In this document: positions 1 through 9,120 of the stretch, in pieces
Layout: each line of letters begins with the position of its first letter
Position numbering within the stretch: position 1 is the first letter of the stretch
From: Gammaproteobacteria bacterium
GTDB lineage: Bacteria; Pseudomonadota; Gammaproteobacteria; Steroidobacterales; MnTg04
Direction: 5' to 3'
Length of the DNA: 53,523 nt
Assembly: GCA_036443455.1 (NCBI GenBank)
Contig: JAZFYI010000077.1
Coordinates: forward strand, 1-53,523
Notes under the pieces: generated by a model
Seen by the model: the letters and a program-made list of their open reading frames with translations, nothing else
Database searches by the model: none
What the model was told of the DNA's origin: nothing
Made by a program: the position numbers and the translations under genes

Positions 1-2
1 GT

Positions 3-164
3 CGTGCGCGCGACAAAGGAGCCTCAAACATATTCCTCAACTCAAATACGGTGCTTGCTCCTGCTATCGCTCTTTATCGCAAGCATGGGTTTAAAACAGT
101 GTCGGAAGGACCTCATGCGGAGTACGCCCGCTGCAACATCGTGATGGAATTGCGCTGGAAGTGA
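3..164 (+). CDS. GNAT family N-acetyltransferase, C-terminal fragment (5' end outside window)
   Basis: The frame is open from the window edge. It translates to ...LAPAIALYRKHGFKTVSEGPHAEYARCNIVMELRWK*, which carries the typical GNAT C-terminal A..LY.K.GF motif. Stop TGA at 162-164. Confidence 0.6.
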   Translation, partial: RARDKGASNIFLNSNTVLAPAIALYRKHGFKTVSEGPHAEYARCNIVMELRWK

Positions 165-241
165 CGCTCCAAAAGACGGCGAGCGCGGGAGTGGCGCCCT
201 CTAACAATACGTTCAACACGGACGCCGAACCCAGATTGACA

Positions 242-541
242 ATGATCACTATCGATGATGCCATGGCCCTGGTCCGATCCGAAATCTCGAAGGAGAATCC
301 GTACGAGCCCGATTTAGTGTTAGAGATTCTTGAATCAGAAACGCTCGAAAAAGAATGGGGATGGATTTTCTTCTATGAATCCGCCGATTACATTCGTATT
401 GAAGATGAGAAATACGCGATTGCTGGCAATGCCCCCTTCATCGTTAATAAGACTTCCGGAGAATTGGTAGTAACCGGAACGGCCTGGCTGATCGAAAAGT
501 ACATTGAAGACTATGAAACACGATTACTCAGCGGCGCATAA
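242..541 (+). CDS. YrhB / immunity protein 35 family protein
   Basis: ATG at 242 (MITIDDAMALV...). The segment AIAGNAPFIVNKTSGELVVTGTA..IEKYIEDYE parallels E. coli YrhB (LAGNAPFIIDKDSGEI..GTA..EEYLQDYE, recalled from memory). The ORF-track GTG start at 161 only adds a low-complexity extension that overlaps the GNAT stop. Confidence 0.75.
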   Translation: MITIDDAMALVRSEISKENPYEPDLVLEILESETLEKEWGWIFFYESADYIRIEDEKYAIAGNAPFIVNKTSGELVVTGTAWLIEKYIEDYETRLLSGA

Positions 542-658
542 CCAATCGCTGCACTTGCTCCTGACTATCTGTCACGCCTCTTGCATACGCAGCAACCGCG
601 TCAGATACTGGGCGCGAGTTATCTAAAACGTTAAAGTGGCATTGATCGAGGTTTGCTG

Positions 659-931
659 ATGGGGAAACCGAGAAACACAACTCAGCTTCAGTCTCTTCCG
701 AGCATTGGCCCGAGCTTGGCGCAGGATCTCAAGGATTTGGGGTTTTGTGTTCCAGCTGATCTGCGCGGCCAGGATCCAGAGCAGTTGTTTGCCGACCTTT
801 GCGAACTCCGCGACCAGAGGATCGATCGATGTGTTCTATAGTCATTCAGGTGTGCGGCACACTCGGTGACTTCGAACGACGGTGATCCGGAGCTGGCGAA
901 GTGGTGGAATTGGAAGGATAAGGCACTCTAA
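659..931 (+). pseudogene. Helix-hairpin-helix (Cdd1 'pathogenicity locus'-like) protein gene interrupted by an in-frame TAG at 839-841
   Basis: The ORF reads ...LQSLPSIGPSLAQDLKDLGF..DPEQLFADLCELRDQRIDRCVL, then TAG. The same frame continues as SFRCAAHSVTSNDGDPELAKWWNWKDKAL to TAA at 929-931. As I recall, homologues read DRCVLY.FRCA...DPEL.KWWNWKD, so the TAG sits where a Tyr codon (TAY) is expected. Confidence 0.55.
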
Positions 932-952
932 TTAACTGTCAAAGGAGCAAAA

Positions 953-1594
953 ATGAACAGGCGAAATTTTCTTAGGCATGGAGTAATCGGTGGAGCGGCA
1001 GGTCTGTTTGCGAGTTCTGCATATGCGGGCTATTTGCCAGCGTTGAACCCCACTCCACCAGAAACTGAAGGCCCTTTCTATCCCGTATTAGCTCAGAAAG
1101 ATAAGGACTTTGATCTGACTCGGGTAGAGGGCAAACAGGGAGTGGCTAAAGGGACGTCTATCATTATCCAGGGGCAGGTTCTGGATACGGATGGCAATCC
1201 AGTTGAGGATGTCACGGTTGACTTGTGGCAAGCGAATGCAGCTGGAAAGTACAGGCATCCGCATGACTCAAACGATGCTCCGTTGGACCCTAACTTTCAA
1301 GGGTGGGCAATCGTGCCAAGTGGAAAAGAAGGAAAGTTTCGTTTCAAGACCGTCAGACCCGGAGCTTATCCGGCATCTGTTACATGGACAAGACCACCAC
1401 ATATACATTTTAAAATCAGCAAGAGAGGGTACATTGAACTCATAACGCAAATGTATTTTCCTGGACATGAATTTAACGATTCAGATCTTTTGTTAAGACG
1501 AAAGAGCAATGAAGAAAGAAAACTTATGATTGCTTCAAGAATAGAAAATAGACCGGGGGTTTATGCTTACAATATCGTTTTGCAAAAAGCATAA
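953..1594 (+). CDS. Intradiol ring-cleavage dioxygenase family protein with Tat signal (protocatechuate 3,4-dioxygenase beta-like)
   Basis: The N-terminus MNRRNFLRHGVIGGAAGLFASSAYA is a twin-arginine signal. Dioxygenase_C-type motifs are present: TEGPFYP, VDLWQANAAGKYRHP, RPPHIHFKI. A GGAG-type ribosome-binding site (aaaggagc) lies upstream. Confidence 0.8.
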   Translation: MNRRNFLRHGVIGGAAGLFASSAYAGYLPALNPTPPETEGPFYPVLAQKDKDFDLTRVEGKQGVAKGTSIIIQGQVLDTDGNPVEDVTVDLWQANAAGKYRHPHDSNDAPLDPNFQGWAIVPSGKEGKFRFKTVRPGAYPASVTWTRPPHIHFKISKRGYIELITQMYFPGHEFNDSDLLLRRKSNEERKLMIASRIENRPGVYAYNIVLQKA

Positions 1595-1649
1595 GCACCA
1601 ACCGCGCCGGTAATCTGAGGAGTTAGCAGTCACGCAGGGGCATCAAACT

Positions 1650-2009
1650 ATGAAAGTTCTCGCAATCCGTTTTTGTTCTGTCACCGCCGAGGCAGAGCCA
1701 CTCGCCAAGTTTCTCGATGGATTGGGTATGCCTCGAAAAGACCTCGGAGAATGTGACACCGATTCAGACGCGTTTACGGGTGCGATCTTCCCGGCCGCAG
1801 ATAGCTGGATCGAGATTTGGCCTGAAGGCCCCGGCATGCCCGCTGGAATCATGCTCCAAATAGTGGTTGACGATGCAGATGCTTTTGCGGCACACGCGAA
1901 AACAAATGGCCTTGATCCTCAGGGGCCGACGGACGCACATGGCGAGCGCATTTATTACCTGCAGGCGCCATCTGGTCTCCAAATTTCGTTTCAGTCAAGC
2001 TTGGCGTAG
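1650..2009 (+). CDS. VOC (glyoxalase/bleomycin-resistance/dioxygenase) family protein
   Basis: 119 aa in a single beta-alpha-beta-beta-beta-type arrangement (MKVLAIRFCSV...IEIWPEG...IMLQIVVDDADAFAAHAK..G...GPTDAHGERIYYLQAPSGLQISF), typical of small glyoxalase-like proteins. Confidence 0.55.
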   Translation: MKVLAIRFCSVTAEAEPLAKFLDGLGMPRKDLGECDTDSDAFTGAIFPAADSWIEIWPEGPGMPAGIMLQIVVDDADAFAAHAKTNGLDPQGPTDAHGERIYYLQAPSGLQISFQSSLA

Positions 2010-2054
2010 TGTCGCTGCGAGTACCCGCGGAGGAAGCGCTTCGAGAATGAGGTA

Positions 2055-2495
2055 ATGCCCATGCTGGATATCACGAACGTCAATCACATTGGCATCAGAA
2101 TTGGCGACAAAACCCGATCCATAGATTTTTACTCTGTTTTAGGGTTTGAGCTTGTCGATGACGTAGGGTTTGAATCCGGGCACCCAGTCATAATGAAGCA
2201 CCCAAGTGGCGTAGTGCTCAACCTTCTCGGCCCAGCCGATGTTCCTGGGGACATTAACATCCTGATGGATGTCGACGAAAAACATACTGGAATTACGCAT
2301 GTTGCATTGACAGTTGGTTCCCTCTCCCAAGCGAAGGAATTTGTATCTGAGCATGACATCCAAATTACGGGATCGTTTAGCTTCGGAAATATGTCAGCCA
2401 TATTCATTCGGGATCCGGATCGAAACGTAATCGAATTGGATGCGTATAATGCGACTACTCCTTGCGAAGATGACGGGTATACACATCATCCATAA
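2055..2495 (+). CDS. VOC family protein (glyoxalase I-like)
   Basis: VNHIGIRIGDKTRSIDFYSVLGFELV...GITHVALTVGSLSQAKEFV..H.I......F....AIFIRDPDRNVIEL follows the classical glyoxalase/VOC pattern. The start could instead be the ATG at 2061. Confidence 0.75.
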   Translation: MPMLDITNVNHIGIRIGDKTRSIDFYSVLGFELVDDVGFESGHPVIMKHPSGVVLNLLGPADVPGDINILMDVDEKHTGITHVALTVGSLSQAKEFVSEHDIQITGSFSFGNMSAIFIRDPDRNVIELDAYNATTPCEDDGYTHHP

Positions 2496-2613
2496 CAGCG
2501 CAAATGTGCTACCTAACCAGCCACTGCAGCAGTCACTTGGCCAGGGCATTGAGCTGCCATCCTGCCGTTATTGTTTTTCCTGGCTGGGATGTGACCGCTG
2601 AGTCGGCGGGGTC

Positions 2614-3864
2614 TTAGCCGATAACCTGGATCACCGTGTGAATCAGCAGGCCGACCATGCCGCCGACCAATGTTCCGTTGATGCGGATAAACTGCAAATC
2701 CCGGCCAACCTGGATCTCGATCCGTTGTGAGGTCGCCTCGGCATCCCAGCGCTTGACTGTGTCGCTGATCACGGCCGATATCTCGTGCCGATAATGGCCT
2801 ACGACATACAAAACCACATCGCTGATCCAGTCGTTGACCTGCTCCTGCATTTCCGGGCTATGCAATAACGCCTCGCCAAACTGCATGATGCCCGCTTCAA
2901 TTTTTCTTCGTATACGGGAATCCGGATCCGCCGACTCGCGCGAAAGATAAACGCTGATTTCATTCCAGATATCGAAAAAGTACTGCTGGATCTCCGGGTG
3001 GTTGAGCAATTCGTCCTTCAGGCGTTCGCCCCTCGCGATTACTTCGGGGTCATTTTTCAGTGCGTCCAGAAACTTGCTCACCTCACGGTTGAAATTCTGC
3101 CTGGCTTCATTTTCAGCATCCTCACCTACCCGTTCGAGCAACTCCTCGAACTCGGTGACCAGCTTGTCGTAGATCTCCTGATCGACGAATTTGGGCAGCC
3201 ACCATGGACTGCGTTTCTTGATTCTTGCGCGTATCCGGTCCTTGTTCTGCTCCAGTTGCCGTCGCGCAACCGCAGTCAGCGCGCTCACTAATTCCTGGTG
3301 GTGATCGCCGGCGGTCAGCAAGTCCAGCGATCGCCCCACCAGCGGCGTAATCTGGATCTGGCGCATCGTCAACTGGAGGTTTTCCCTGAGGAAGTGTCTT
3401 AGTGCCGTGCTATCGAATACATCCAGGAACCAGCGCGCAAAGGCGCCGGCATCGCCGGCGACCCGTCGCGCGTTGTCCGCCTGGCTCATCCAGCCGCCGA
3501 GTCTCTTGGCAAAGTCGATACCCCTGATCCTGGGCTGCAAGGCGTCTTCGACAAGAAAATTATCGCGCACAAAAGCGGCCAGACTTTCTCCGATCTCGTC
3601 TTTTCGCCGGGCAATAATTGCGGTATGGGGAATAGGAATGCCCATCGGGTGTCGAAACAACGCGGTTACCGCGAACCAGTCCGCCAGCGCGCCGATCATC
3701 GCCGCCTCGGCGAATGCGCTGACATAGGAAAGCCAGGAGTAACTTTCCTGGGCTTTATGCGCCATCACAAACACAACTGCCATCAACAACAACATTCCCG
3801 TCGCCAGGCGTTTCATCGCGTTGAGTCTGCGTATTTTTTCCTGTTCTACCTGGGCGAGCTGCAT
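2614..3864 (-). CDS. DUF445 family membrane protein (YjiN-like)
   Basis: Start taken at the internal ATG 3864 (MQLAQVEQEKIRRLNAMKRLATGMLLLMAVVFV...), which avoids overlap with hemE. It has an N-terminal TM region with GALADWFAVTALFRHP.G.PIPHTAII, and the C-terminus reads INGTLVGG.VGL.IH, as in DUF445. Confidence 0.7.
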   Translation of the reverse strand: MQLAQVEQEKIRRLNAMKRLATGMLLLMAVVFVMAHKAQESYSWLSYVSAFAEAAMIGALADWFAVTALFRHPMGIPIPHTAIIARRKDEIGESLAAFVRDNFLVEDALQPRIRGIDFAKRLGGWMSQADNARRVAGDAGAFARWFLDVFDSTALRHFLRENLQLTMRQIQITPLVGRSLDLLTAGDHHQELVSALTAVARRQLEQNKDRIRARIKKRSPWWLPKFVDQEIYDKLVTEFEELLERVGEDAENEARQNFNREVSKFLDALKNDPEVIARGERLKDELLNHPEIQQYFFDIWNEISVYLSRESADPDSRIRRKIEAGIMQFGEALLHSPEMQEQVNDWISDVVLYVVGHYRHEISAVISDTVKRWDAEATSQRIEIQVGRDLQFIRINGTLVGGMVGLLIHTVIQVIG

Positions 3865-3884
3865 TCGCCGTCTCCACGGCCCGT

Positions 3885-4964
3885 TTACCGGGCAGCGGCC
3901 TCCTGGTGCCACGTCGGACTGAGATCATGGACGGCGCTGACCATTGCCGCCACATTGGCCGGGTCCACTTCCGGGTGAATCCCATGACCGAGATTGAAAA
4001 CATGGCCCGTCCCATGACCATAGCTGGCCAATACTTTTTCAACTTCCTTGCGGATCACTGCAGGGCCCGCATAAAGAATCGAGGGGTCCAGGTTGCCTTG
4101 CAGGGCGACCCGGTCGCCGGTCAGTTTACGGGCATCGGCAAGATCGGTGGTCCAGTCGACGCCCAGGGCGTCACAGCCGGTATCCACCATGTCAGCCAGG
4201 CGGCTGCCCGCACCTTTGGTAAACAGGATTACCGGTATGGTCTGGCCGTCTTTTTCGCGCACCAGGCTTTCGCATATCCGTTGCATATAGCGCAGCGAAA
4301 ACTCCTTGTATGCGGCCGGGCTCAATGTCCCTCCCCAGGTATCAAAGACCATGACGGCCTGAACGCCGGCATCGATTTGTGCGTTCAGATAATCGATCGT
4401 GGCGCTGGTCAGTTTTTCCATCAACTTGTGCAGCATGGCCGGTTGCTCGTAAAGCATGCCCTTGATGCGGGGAAAATTCTTGCTGCTACCACCTTCGACC
4501 GCGTAGGTTGCGACCGTCCACGGGCTGCCGGCAAAGCCGATCAACGGAACCTGGCCGTCGAGCTCTTCGCGAATAACCCGGATGGCCTGCATCACGTAGC
4601 CGAGATCTTGTTCCGGGTCCGGTACGACGAGTTTCTTGATATCGGCCGCCGTGCGCACAGGCCGTTCGAACCTGGGGCCTTCGCCAGCCTCAAAATACAA
4701 ACCCAGACCCATTGCATCCGGCACCGTCAATATATCGGAAAACAATATTGCCGCATCCAATGGAAATCGTCGCAGCGGCTGCACGGTGACCTTGCAGGCG
4801 AGCTCGGGGTTCCGGCACAAGTCCATGAATCCCCCGGCCGCCTTTCTGATCTCCCGGTACTCCGGCAAATAACGACCTGCCTGGCGCATAAACCAGACCG
4901 GGGTCCGCTCCACCGGCTTGCGGAGCAAGGCTCTCAGTAACAAGTCATTTTTCAATTGGCTCAT
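3885..4964 (-). CDS. hemE: Uroporphyrinogen decarboxylase
   Basis: [40 protein letters not shown]... shows full-length similarity to HemE, including the RQAGRY and FDTWGG motifs. Confidence 0.95.
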   Translation of the reverse strand: MSQLKNDLLLRALLRKPVERTPVWFMRQAGRYLPEYREIRKAAGGFMDLCRNPELACKVTVQPLRRFPLDAAILFSDILTVPDAMGLGLYFEAGEGPRFERPVRTAADIKKLVVPDPEQDLGYVMQAIRVIREELDGQVPLIGFAGSPWTVATYAVEGGSSKNFPRIKGMLYEQPAMLHKLMEKLTSATIDYLNAQIDAGVQAVMVFDTWGGTLSPAAYKEFSLRYMQRICESLVREKDGQTIPVILFTKGAGSRLADMVDTGCDALGVDWTTDLADARKLTGDRVALQGNLDPSILYAGPAVIRKEVEKVLASYGHGTGHVFNLGHGIHPEVDPANVAAMVSAVHDLSPTWHQEAAAR

Positions 4965-4978
4965 CGCACGAAACCCTG

Positions 4979-5692
4979 TCAGGCCGCCACAAAACTCTTG
5001 GCGATGCTTTCCTGGATGCTCTCGGCAGCGGCTCGCGGGTTGTCCGCGTCGCGTATGGGGCGACCAATAACGATATAGTCCGCGCCATTGGCAAAAGCCT
5101 GTTCTACACTGACCACCCGTTTCTGGTCATCCGCCGGGCGATTGTCAAGCGGACGAATGCCTGGAACGACAACCAACAGCCGCTGGTCGATGAATTCTCT
5201 GAGCCGTGGCGCTTCAAGGCCTGATGAAACCACGCCATCGCAGCCGGCCTCGAGCGCTCTGCGCGCCCTCGATAGCACCAGGTCCTCAACATCGCAGCTA
5301 AATCCCAGGTCATCCAGATCACCACGATCGAGGCTGGTCAACACCGTGACGCCAAGGATTTTGACATCTCCCTTGGCCTCGGCCGCGGCCTCCATGATCG
5401 ACTGGTTCCCATGTACCGTCGTAAAAGTAATACCGCGGTTGTTCAGGCGCCGGACGGCTGCGGCCACCGTTGCCGGGACGTCAAAAAACTTGAGATCGAC
5501 GAAAACCTGTTTGTCCCGCGCCACCAGCCAGTCCAGCAACTCGAAATAACCGCCCGCCATCATCAGCTCAAGACCGAGCTTGTAAAACTTCACCGAGTCG
5601 CCCAATTCGATTGCCAGCGAGCGTGCCCGTTCGGCGTCGGGAACATCCATCGCAAATATCAGCCGCTGTTCGGGGGGAATTCCGTCACTCAT
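4979..5692 (-). CDS. pyrF: Orotidine 5'-phosphate decarboxylase
   Basis: Start at ATG 5692 ([17 protein letters not shown]...). Motifs [21 protein letters not shown] and DYIVIGRPI are present. Confidence 0.9.
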   Translation of the reverse strand: MSDGIPPEQRLIFAMDVPDAERARSLAIELGDSVKFYKLGLELMMAGGYFELLDWLVARDKQVFVDLKFFDVPATVAAAVRRLNNRGITFTTVHGNQSIMEAAAEAKGDVKILGVTVLTSLDRGDLDDLGFSCDVEDLVLSRARRALEAGCDGVVSSGLEAPRLREFIDQRLLVVVPGIRPLDNRPADDQKRVVSVEQAFANGADYIVIGRPIRDADNPRAAAESIQESIAKSFVAA

Positions 5693-5756
5693 GAAAAGGT
5701 CTGTTCCTGCTGCTAAAAATCCGGCGCATTGTATCACCTCACCCGCTTACCGGGTT

Positions 5757-6245
5757 TCATGAAATCCAGCTCGCGCTGCTGGCCTCCTTCCAGGTATCTC
5801 CGTCCTTCTCGTAAAGCACGACAAATCCACCGCCGCTGAGATACACGACATTCGAATCCTTCGCCTTCGCCCACATGCTGTGCACGCGGATACTGGCGGT
5901 GTCGCTGTCCGGAAAACTCAGTTCAGAAACATAAATAAACAGGAAGTCGCCATCCCGGTCCGCCCGGGTCTCGATTTGCGCCTGGCTCAGTACCACGATT
6001 TCGACCCCGGCGAGCCTCGGCTTCCATTCGGCCGGCAGATTCCGGTCGGACAGTATCACCTTCCGCGGATCCGCAAGCAGGCCGTGATCGGGAATTTTCT
6101 TCTCGATCAATGCGCGCTCCATGGCCAGGTCGAGAATCTGCGTCTCCCGGGAATCGGCCGGCGCCGCCTGGAGCTCAGGCGATCGCTGTTCCTGGCACGC
6201 AGTAATCATCAGCGCAGCGAGAACAATTCCACAGGTCTTTCTCAT
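5757..6245 (-). CDS. Hypothetical lipoprotein
   Basis: MRKTCGIVLAALMITAC carries a lipobox. No domain recognised. It overlaps the dgt stop by 4 nt, which suggests the two genes are co-transcribed. Confidence 0.55.
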   Translation of the reverse strand: MRKTCGIVLAALMITACQEQRSPELQAAPADSRETQILDLAMERALIEKKIPDHGLLADPRKVILSDRNLPAEWKPRLAGVEIVVLSQAQIETRADRDGDFLFIYVSELSFPDSDTASIRVHSMWAKAKDSNVVYLSGGGFVVLYEKDGDTWKEASSASWIS

Positions 6246-7408
6246 CGTTCATCTCCCGGCTCAATCAGCCGCTGGTATTCACCGAGCGCAAACCGGTCCG
6301 TCATCCCGGCGATATAGTCCGCGACCGCTCGCGCGCGTGTCTCCTCCGCAGCGCCTTCGCTAACGGGCCCAAACCGATCAGACAGCAAATCCGGTCGCGA
6401 CATGTAGCATGAAAACAGGCTGCGCATGATGCGATCCGCTTTATCGGTCATTCGCCTCACCCGTTCATGACTGTACAACGTCTGGCGCAAAAAGCGCTTC
6501 AATTCGCGATGCGCCTTGCCGACCCCTGCGCTCATATCCAGCATCGATTTTCCGTGCCGGCGAACATCGTCTATAGACGCCGGCGACACACGATCGAGTT
6601 CCCTGCGGGTGTTTTCGATCAGGTCGCAGACCACATGGTTGATCATGCAGCGAACGGTTTCGTGAATGACCGTTCGCTCGATCAGCTCAGGATACTTTGC
6701 CACCACTTCCTGGTAACAGGTGTTGAATATTTCGAGTTCGCATAGTTGCTCGATACTGATCATCCCGGCCCTCAACCCGTCATCGACATCGTGGTTGTTA
6801 TAGGCAATTTCGTCCGCGAGATTGGCCAGTTGCGCCTCCAGGCCGGGCTGTTGCCTGTTGAGAAACCGCTCTCCCAGCTCGCCGAGCTCCCGGGCGTTGC
6901 GCCTGGAGCAGTGTTTGAGTATTCCTTCCCGGGTTTCAAAACACAGGTTCAGCCCGGGAAACTCGGCGTATTTTTCCTCCAGCTTGTCCACGACGCGCAG
7001 CGACTGCAGGTTGTGCTCGAACCCGCCATGCTCCTGCATACAATCGTTCAGCGCTTCCTGTCCGGCGTGGCCAAAGGGCGTGTGTCCGAGGTCGTGCGCC
7101 AGACATATCGCCTCGGTCAGATGCTCATTGAGCCCCAGGGCAACGGCGACGGAGCGGCCGATCTGGGACACCTCTAGTGAATGCGTCAGGCGCGTGCGGT
7201 ACATATCGCCTTCGTGATTGACGAACACCTGGGTCTTGTACATCAGGCGCCTGAAAGCGCCACAGTGAATTATGCGGTCGCGGTCACGTTGAAATTCCGA
7301 GCGCGGATGAGCCGGCGGTTCCGGGTACAAACGGCCGCGGCTTTCGTCATCATGGGCTGCCCATGGCGCGAGCACAGACCCGGAAGCCAGGCTCGGCATC
7401 AGCGACAA
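6242..7408 (-). CDS. dgt: dGTP triphosphohydrolase-like HD-domain protein
   Basis: FQRDRDRIIHC.AFRRL..KTQVF......YRTRLTHSLEV.QI.R and HDLGHTPFGH.G are HD/dGTPase family signatures. Confidence 0.85.
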   Translation of the reverse strand: MSLMPSLASGSVLAPWAAHDDESRGRLYPEPPAHPRSEFQRDRDRIIHCGAFRRLMYKTQVFVNHEGDMYRTRLTHSLEVSQIGRSVAVALGLNEHLTEAICLAHDLGHTPFGHAGQEALNDCMQEHGGFEHNLQSLRVVDKLEEKYAEFPGLNLCFETREGILKHCSRRNARELGELGERFLNRQQPGLEAQLANLADEIAYNNHDVDDGLRAGMISIEQLCELEIFNTCYQEVVAKYPELIERTVIHETVRCMINHVVCDLIENTRRELDRVSPASIDDVRRHGKSMLDMSAGVGKAHRELKRFLRQTLYSHERVRRMTDKADRIMRSLFSCYMSRPDLLSDRFGPVSEGAAEETRARAVADYIAGMTDRFALGEYQRLIEPGDER

Positions 7409-8472
7409 TACTCGCGCATCACAGATTCGGGCAAGGCGGGATCAAAACTGTCGCAAAGCACGACGCTGCCCGGTTCTTCGGGCAAAACCAGCGTCAGCTT
7501 TCCGGATAAAACCTTTTTGTCCATGGTCATTTTTTCTGCCAGCTTGCCCGGATCCAGCCCTTCGACACAGGTCGGCAGCCCGCACTGCTCGTTGAGACTA
7601 CGGATTCGCTGGACCAGTTCCGCGTCTGCCAGGCCCATACGCACGGCTACCTCGGCCGCCAGCAGCAAGCCCACCGCCACCGCCTCGCCATGCAAATACC
7701 GATAATCCGACTCGGCCTCGATCGCGTGGGCAAAACTATGACCGAGATTCAATAAGGCGCGTGATCCGGATTCTTTTTCGTCCGCCGCCACGATTCGAGC
7801 CTTGATCTGGCAGGTCGTTTCTATCGCGTGGGTCAACGCTTGCCGATCGCGCAGCAGCACGTCGCCGGCGTGACTTTCGAGCCAGCCAAAAAAAGCTTCG
7901 TCCGCGATCAGCGCTGATTTCACAATCTCGGCCATCCCGGCTCTCATCTGCCGGTCATCGAGCGTATCCAGCGTCGCGACATCGGCAACCACGCCGATCG
8001 GCTGGTGAAAAGCACCGACCAGGTTTTTTCCACCGGCGTGGTTGATCGCAGTCTTGCCACCGATCGCTGCATCTGCCTGGGCAAGCAAGGTGGTCGGACA
8101 AATAATATGGGCGATGCCTCGCTGGTAACAGGCAGCGGCAAAACCCGCGATATCCGAAACGACGCCACCGCCCAGCGATACGATCGTGGCGTCCCGATGC
8201 ATACCCGAATCAACCAGTCGATCCAGCAGCAGCGAAAAATATTCCAGGTTCTTGAATCGCTCACCATCGGGGAGCTCATATTTAGAGATCTCAAACGCCC
8301 CCAGCGCTTTCTCCACGGCAGCCGCGTGCAGAGGGCCGACGGTTTCGTTGCTAACCAGGAAAACCTGCTTCCCCGGTACCATGCCCGCGAGCAGAGCTGA
8401 GTCACTGAGCAGGCGGCGCCCAATATGGACGGGGTAGGAACCGCTGGCCACATTGACCGTCACTGTTTTCAC
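7399..8472 (-). CDS. aroB: 3-dehydroquinate synthase
   Basis: Full-length AroB similarity (GGGVV.D..GF.AA.YQRG, LNLGH.FAHA.E). Confidence 0.95.
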   Translation of the reverse strand: MKTVTVNVASGSYPVHIGRRLLSDSALLAGMVPGKQVFLVSNETVGPLHAAAVEKALGAFEISKYELPDGERFKNLEYFSLLLDRLVDSGMHRDATIVSLGGGVVSDIAGFAAACYQRGIAHIICPTTLLAQADAAIGGKTAINHAGGKNLVGAFHQPIGVVADVATLDTLDDRQMRAGMAEIVKSALIADEAFFGWLESHAGDVLLRDRQALTHAIETTCQIKARIVAADEKESGSRALLNLGHSFAHAIEAESDYRYLHGEAVAVGLLLAAEVAVRMGLADAELVQRIRSLNEQCGLPTCVEGLDPGKLAEKMTMDKKVLSGKLTLVLPEEPGSVVLCDSFDPALPESVMREYCR

Positions 8473-8479
8473 TGCCGCA

Positions 8480-9025
8480 TCACCTGTCGCCCTTGACCCA
8501 GTTTACGATTTCAGCGGCAACCGCCGGTACTTTCCGGCCATTCGTATTGATTGTCAGATCGGCTATATTCTCGTACATCGGCTCTCTTTGCCCGGCGAGT
8601 TTCGCCAGCGCTTTTTCGGGGCTGTCGTCATCCAGCAAGGGCCTGTTGGCAACCAGCCTGGTACGCCTGAGCTGTTGCGTGACACTCACGCGCAGATAAA
8701 CCACTCGTCCCCTTTGCGACAGCCTGCTCCTGTTCTGCGGATCGAGCACCGCACCACCGCCGGTGGCCAATACGATGGATGGCAGTTGCGTCAGCCGGTC
8801 GATCGCCTCCGCCTCGCGCTGGCGAAAACCGCTTTCTCCTTCTTTTTCGAATATGAATCCAATATCGACGCCGGTCTGTTTCTGTATCTCGAGATCGGTA
8901 TCGTAAAACGGCACACCCAGTGCCTTGCCGAGCCGCCGCCCGACCGCGGTTTTTCCGGCGCCCATCGGGCCAACCAGGAATATGCTCGCGCGACTGCTTT
9001 TTTCGTCGCCTGGACTCATTGCCAC
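8480..9025 (-). CDS. aroK: Shikimate kinase
   Basis: IFLVGPMGAGKT..GR.LA..L...F.D.D..IE..TG is the P-loop shikimate kinase pattern. Confidence 0.95.
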   Translation of the reverse strand: MAMSPGDEKSSRASIFLVGPMGAGKTAVGRRLGKALGVPFYDTDLEIQKQTGVDIGFIFEKEGESGFRQREAEAIDRLTQLPSIVLATGGGAVLDPQNRSRLSQRGRVVYLRVSVTQQLRRTRLVANRPLLDDDSPEKALAKLAGQREPMYENIADLTINTNGRKVPAVAAEIVNWVKGDR

Positions 9026-9120
9026 AGCTTAACCGGCCAAAGCCGTATCCCGCCACCCGGACACGATCGAACAACGGGCAATTTTCACCAGCGATTGGCC
9101 TGGCCGTCACTATTTCTCAT

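Noticed and set aside
161-241. GTG-initiated N-terminal extension of the YrhB-like ORF.
   Set aside because: The extension is low-complexity (TASAGVAPSNNTFNTDAEP), overlaps the GNAT stop, and is absent from YrhB as I recall it. The ATG at 242 gives a protein of family-typical length.
536-624. Calling a definite attC site after the YrhB gene.
   Set aside because: The palindrome is imperfect: 10 nt of arm-length asymmetry, R'' GCATAAC and R' GTTATCT deviate from RYYYAAC and GTTRRRY. It is reported only as part of a weak cassette-array hypothesis, not as a feature.
3906-4940. 344-aa plus-strand ORF antisense to hemE. Similar long antisense ORFs occur at 10666-11790, 24007-24996, 26239-27333, 38531-39688, 42978-44471, 44498-45856 and 29565-30437.
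   Set aside because: Each lies fully opposite a confidently identified conserved gene. Their composition is rich in Arg, Pro, Gly and His, typical of the reverse frame of GC-rich coding DNA. None has a recognisable domain. They are shadow ORFs.
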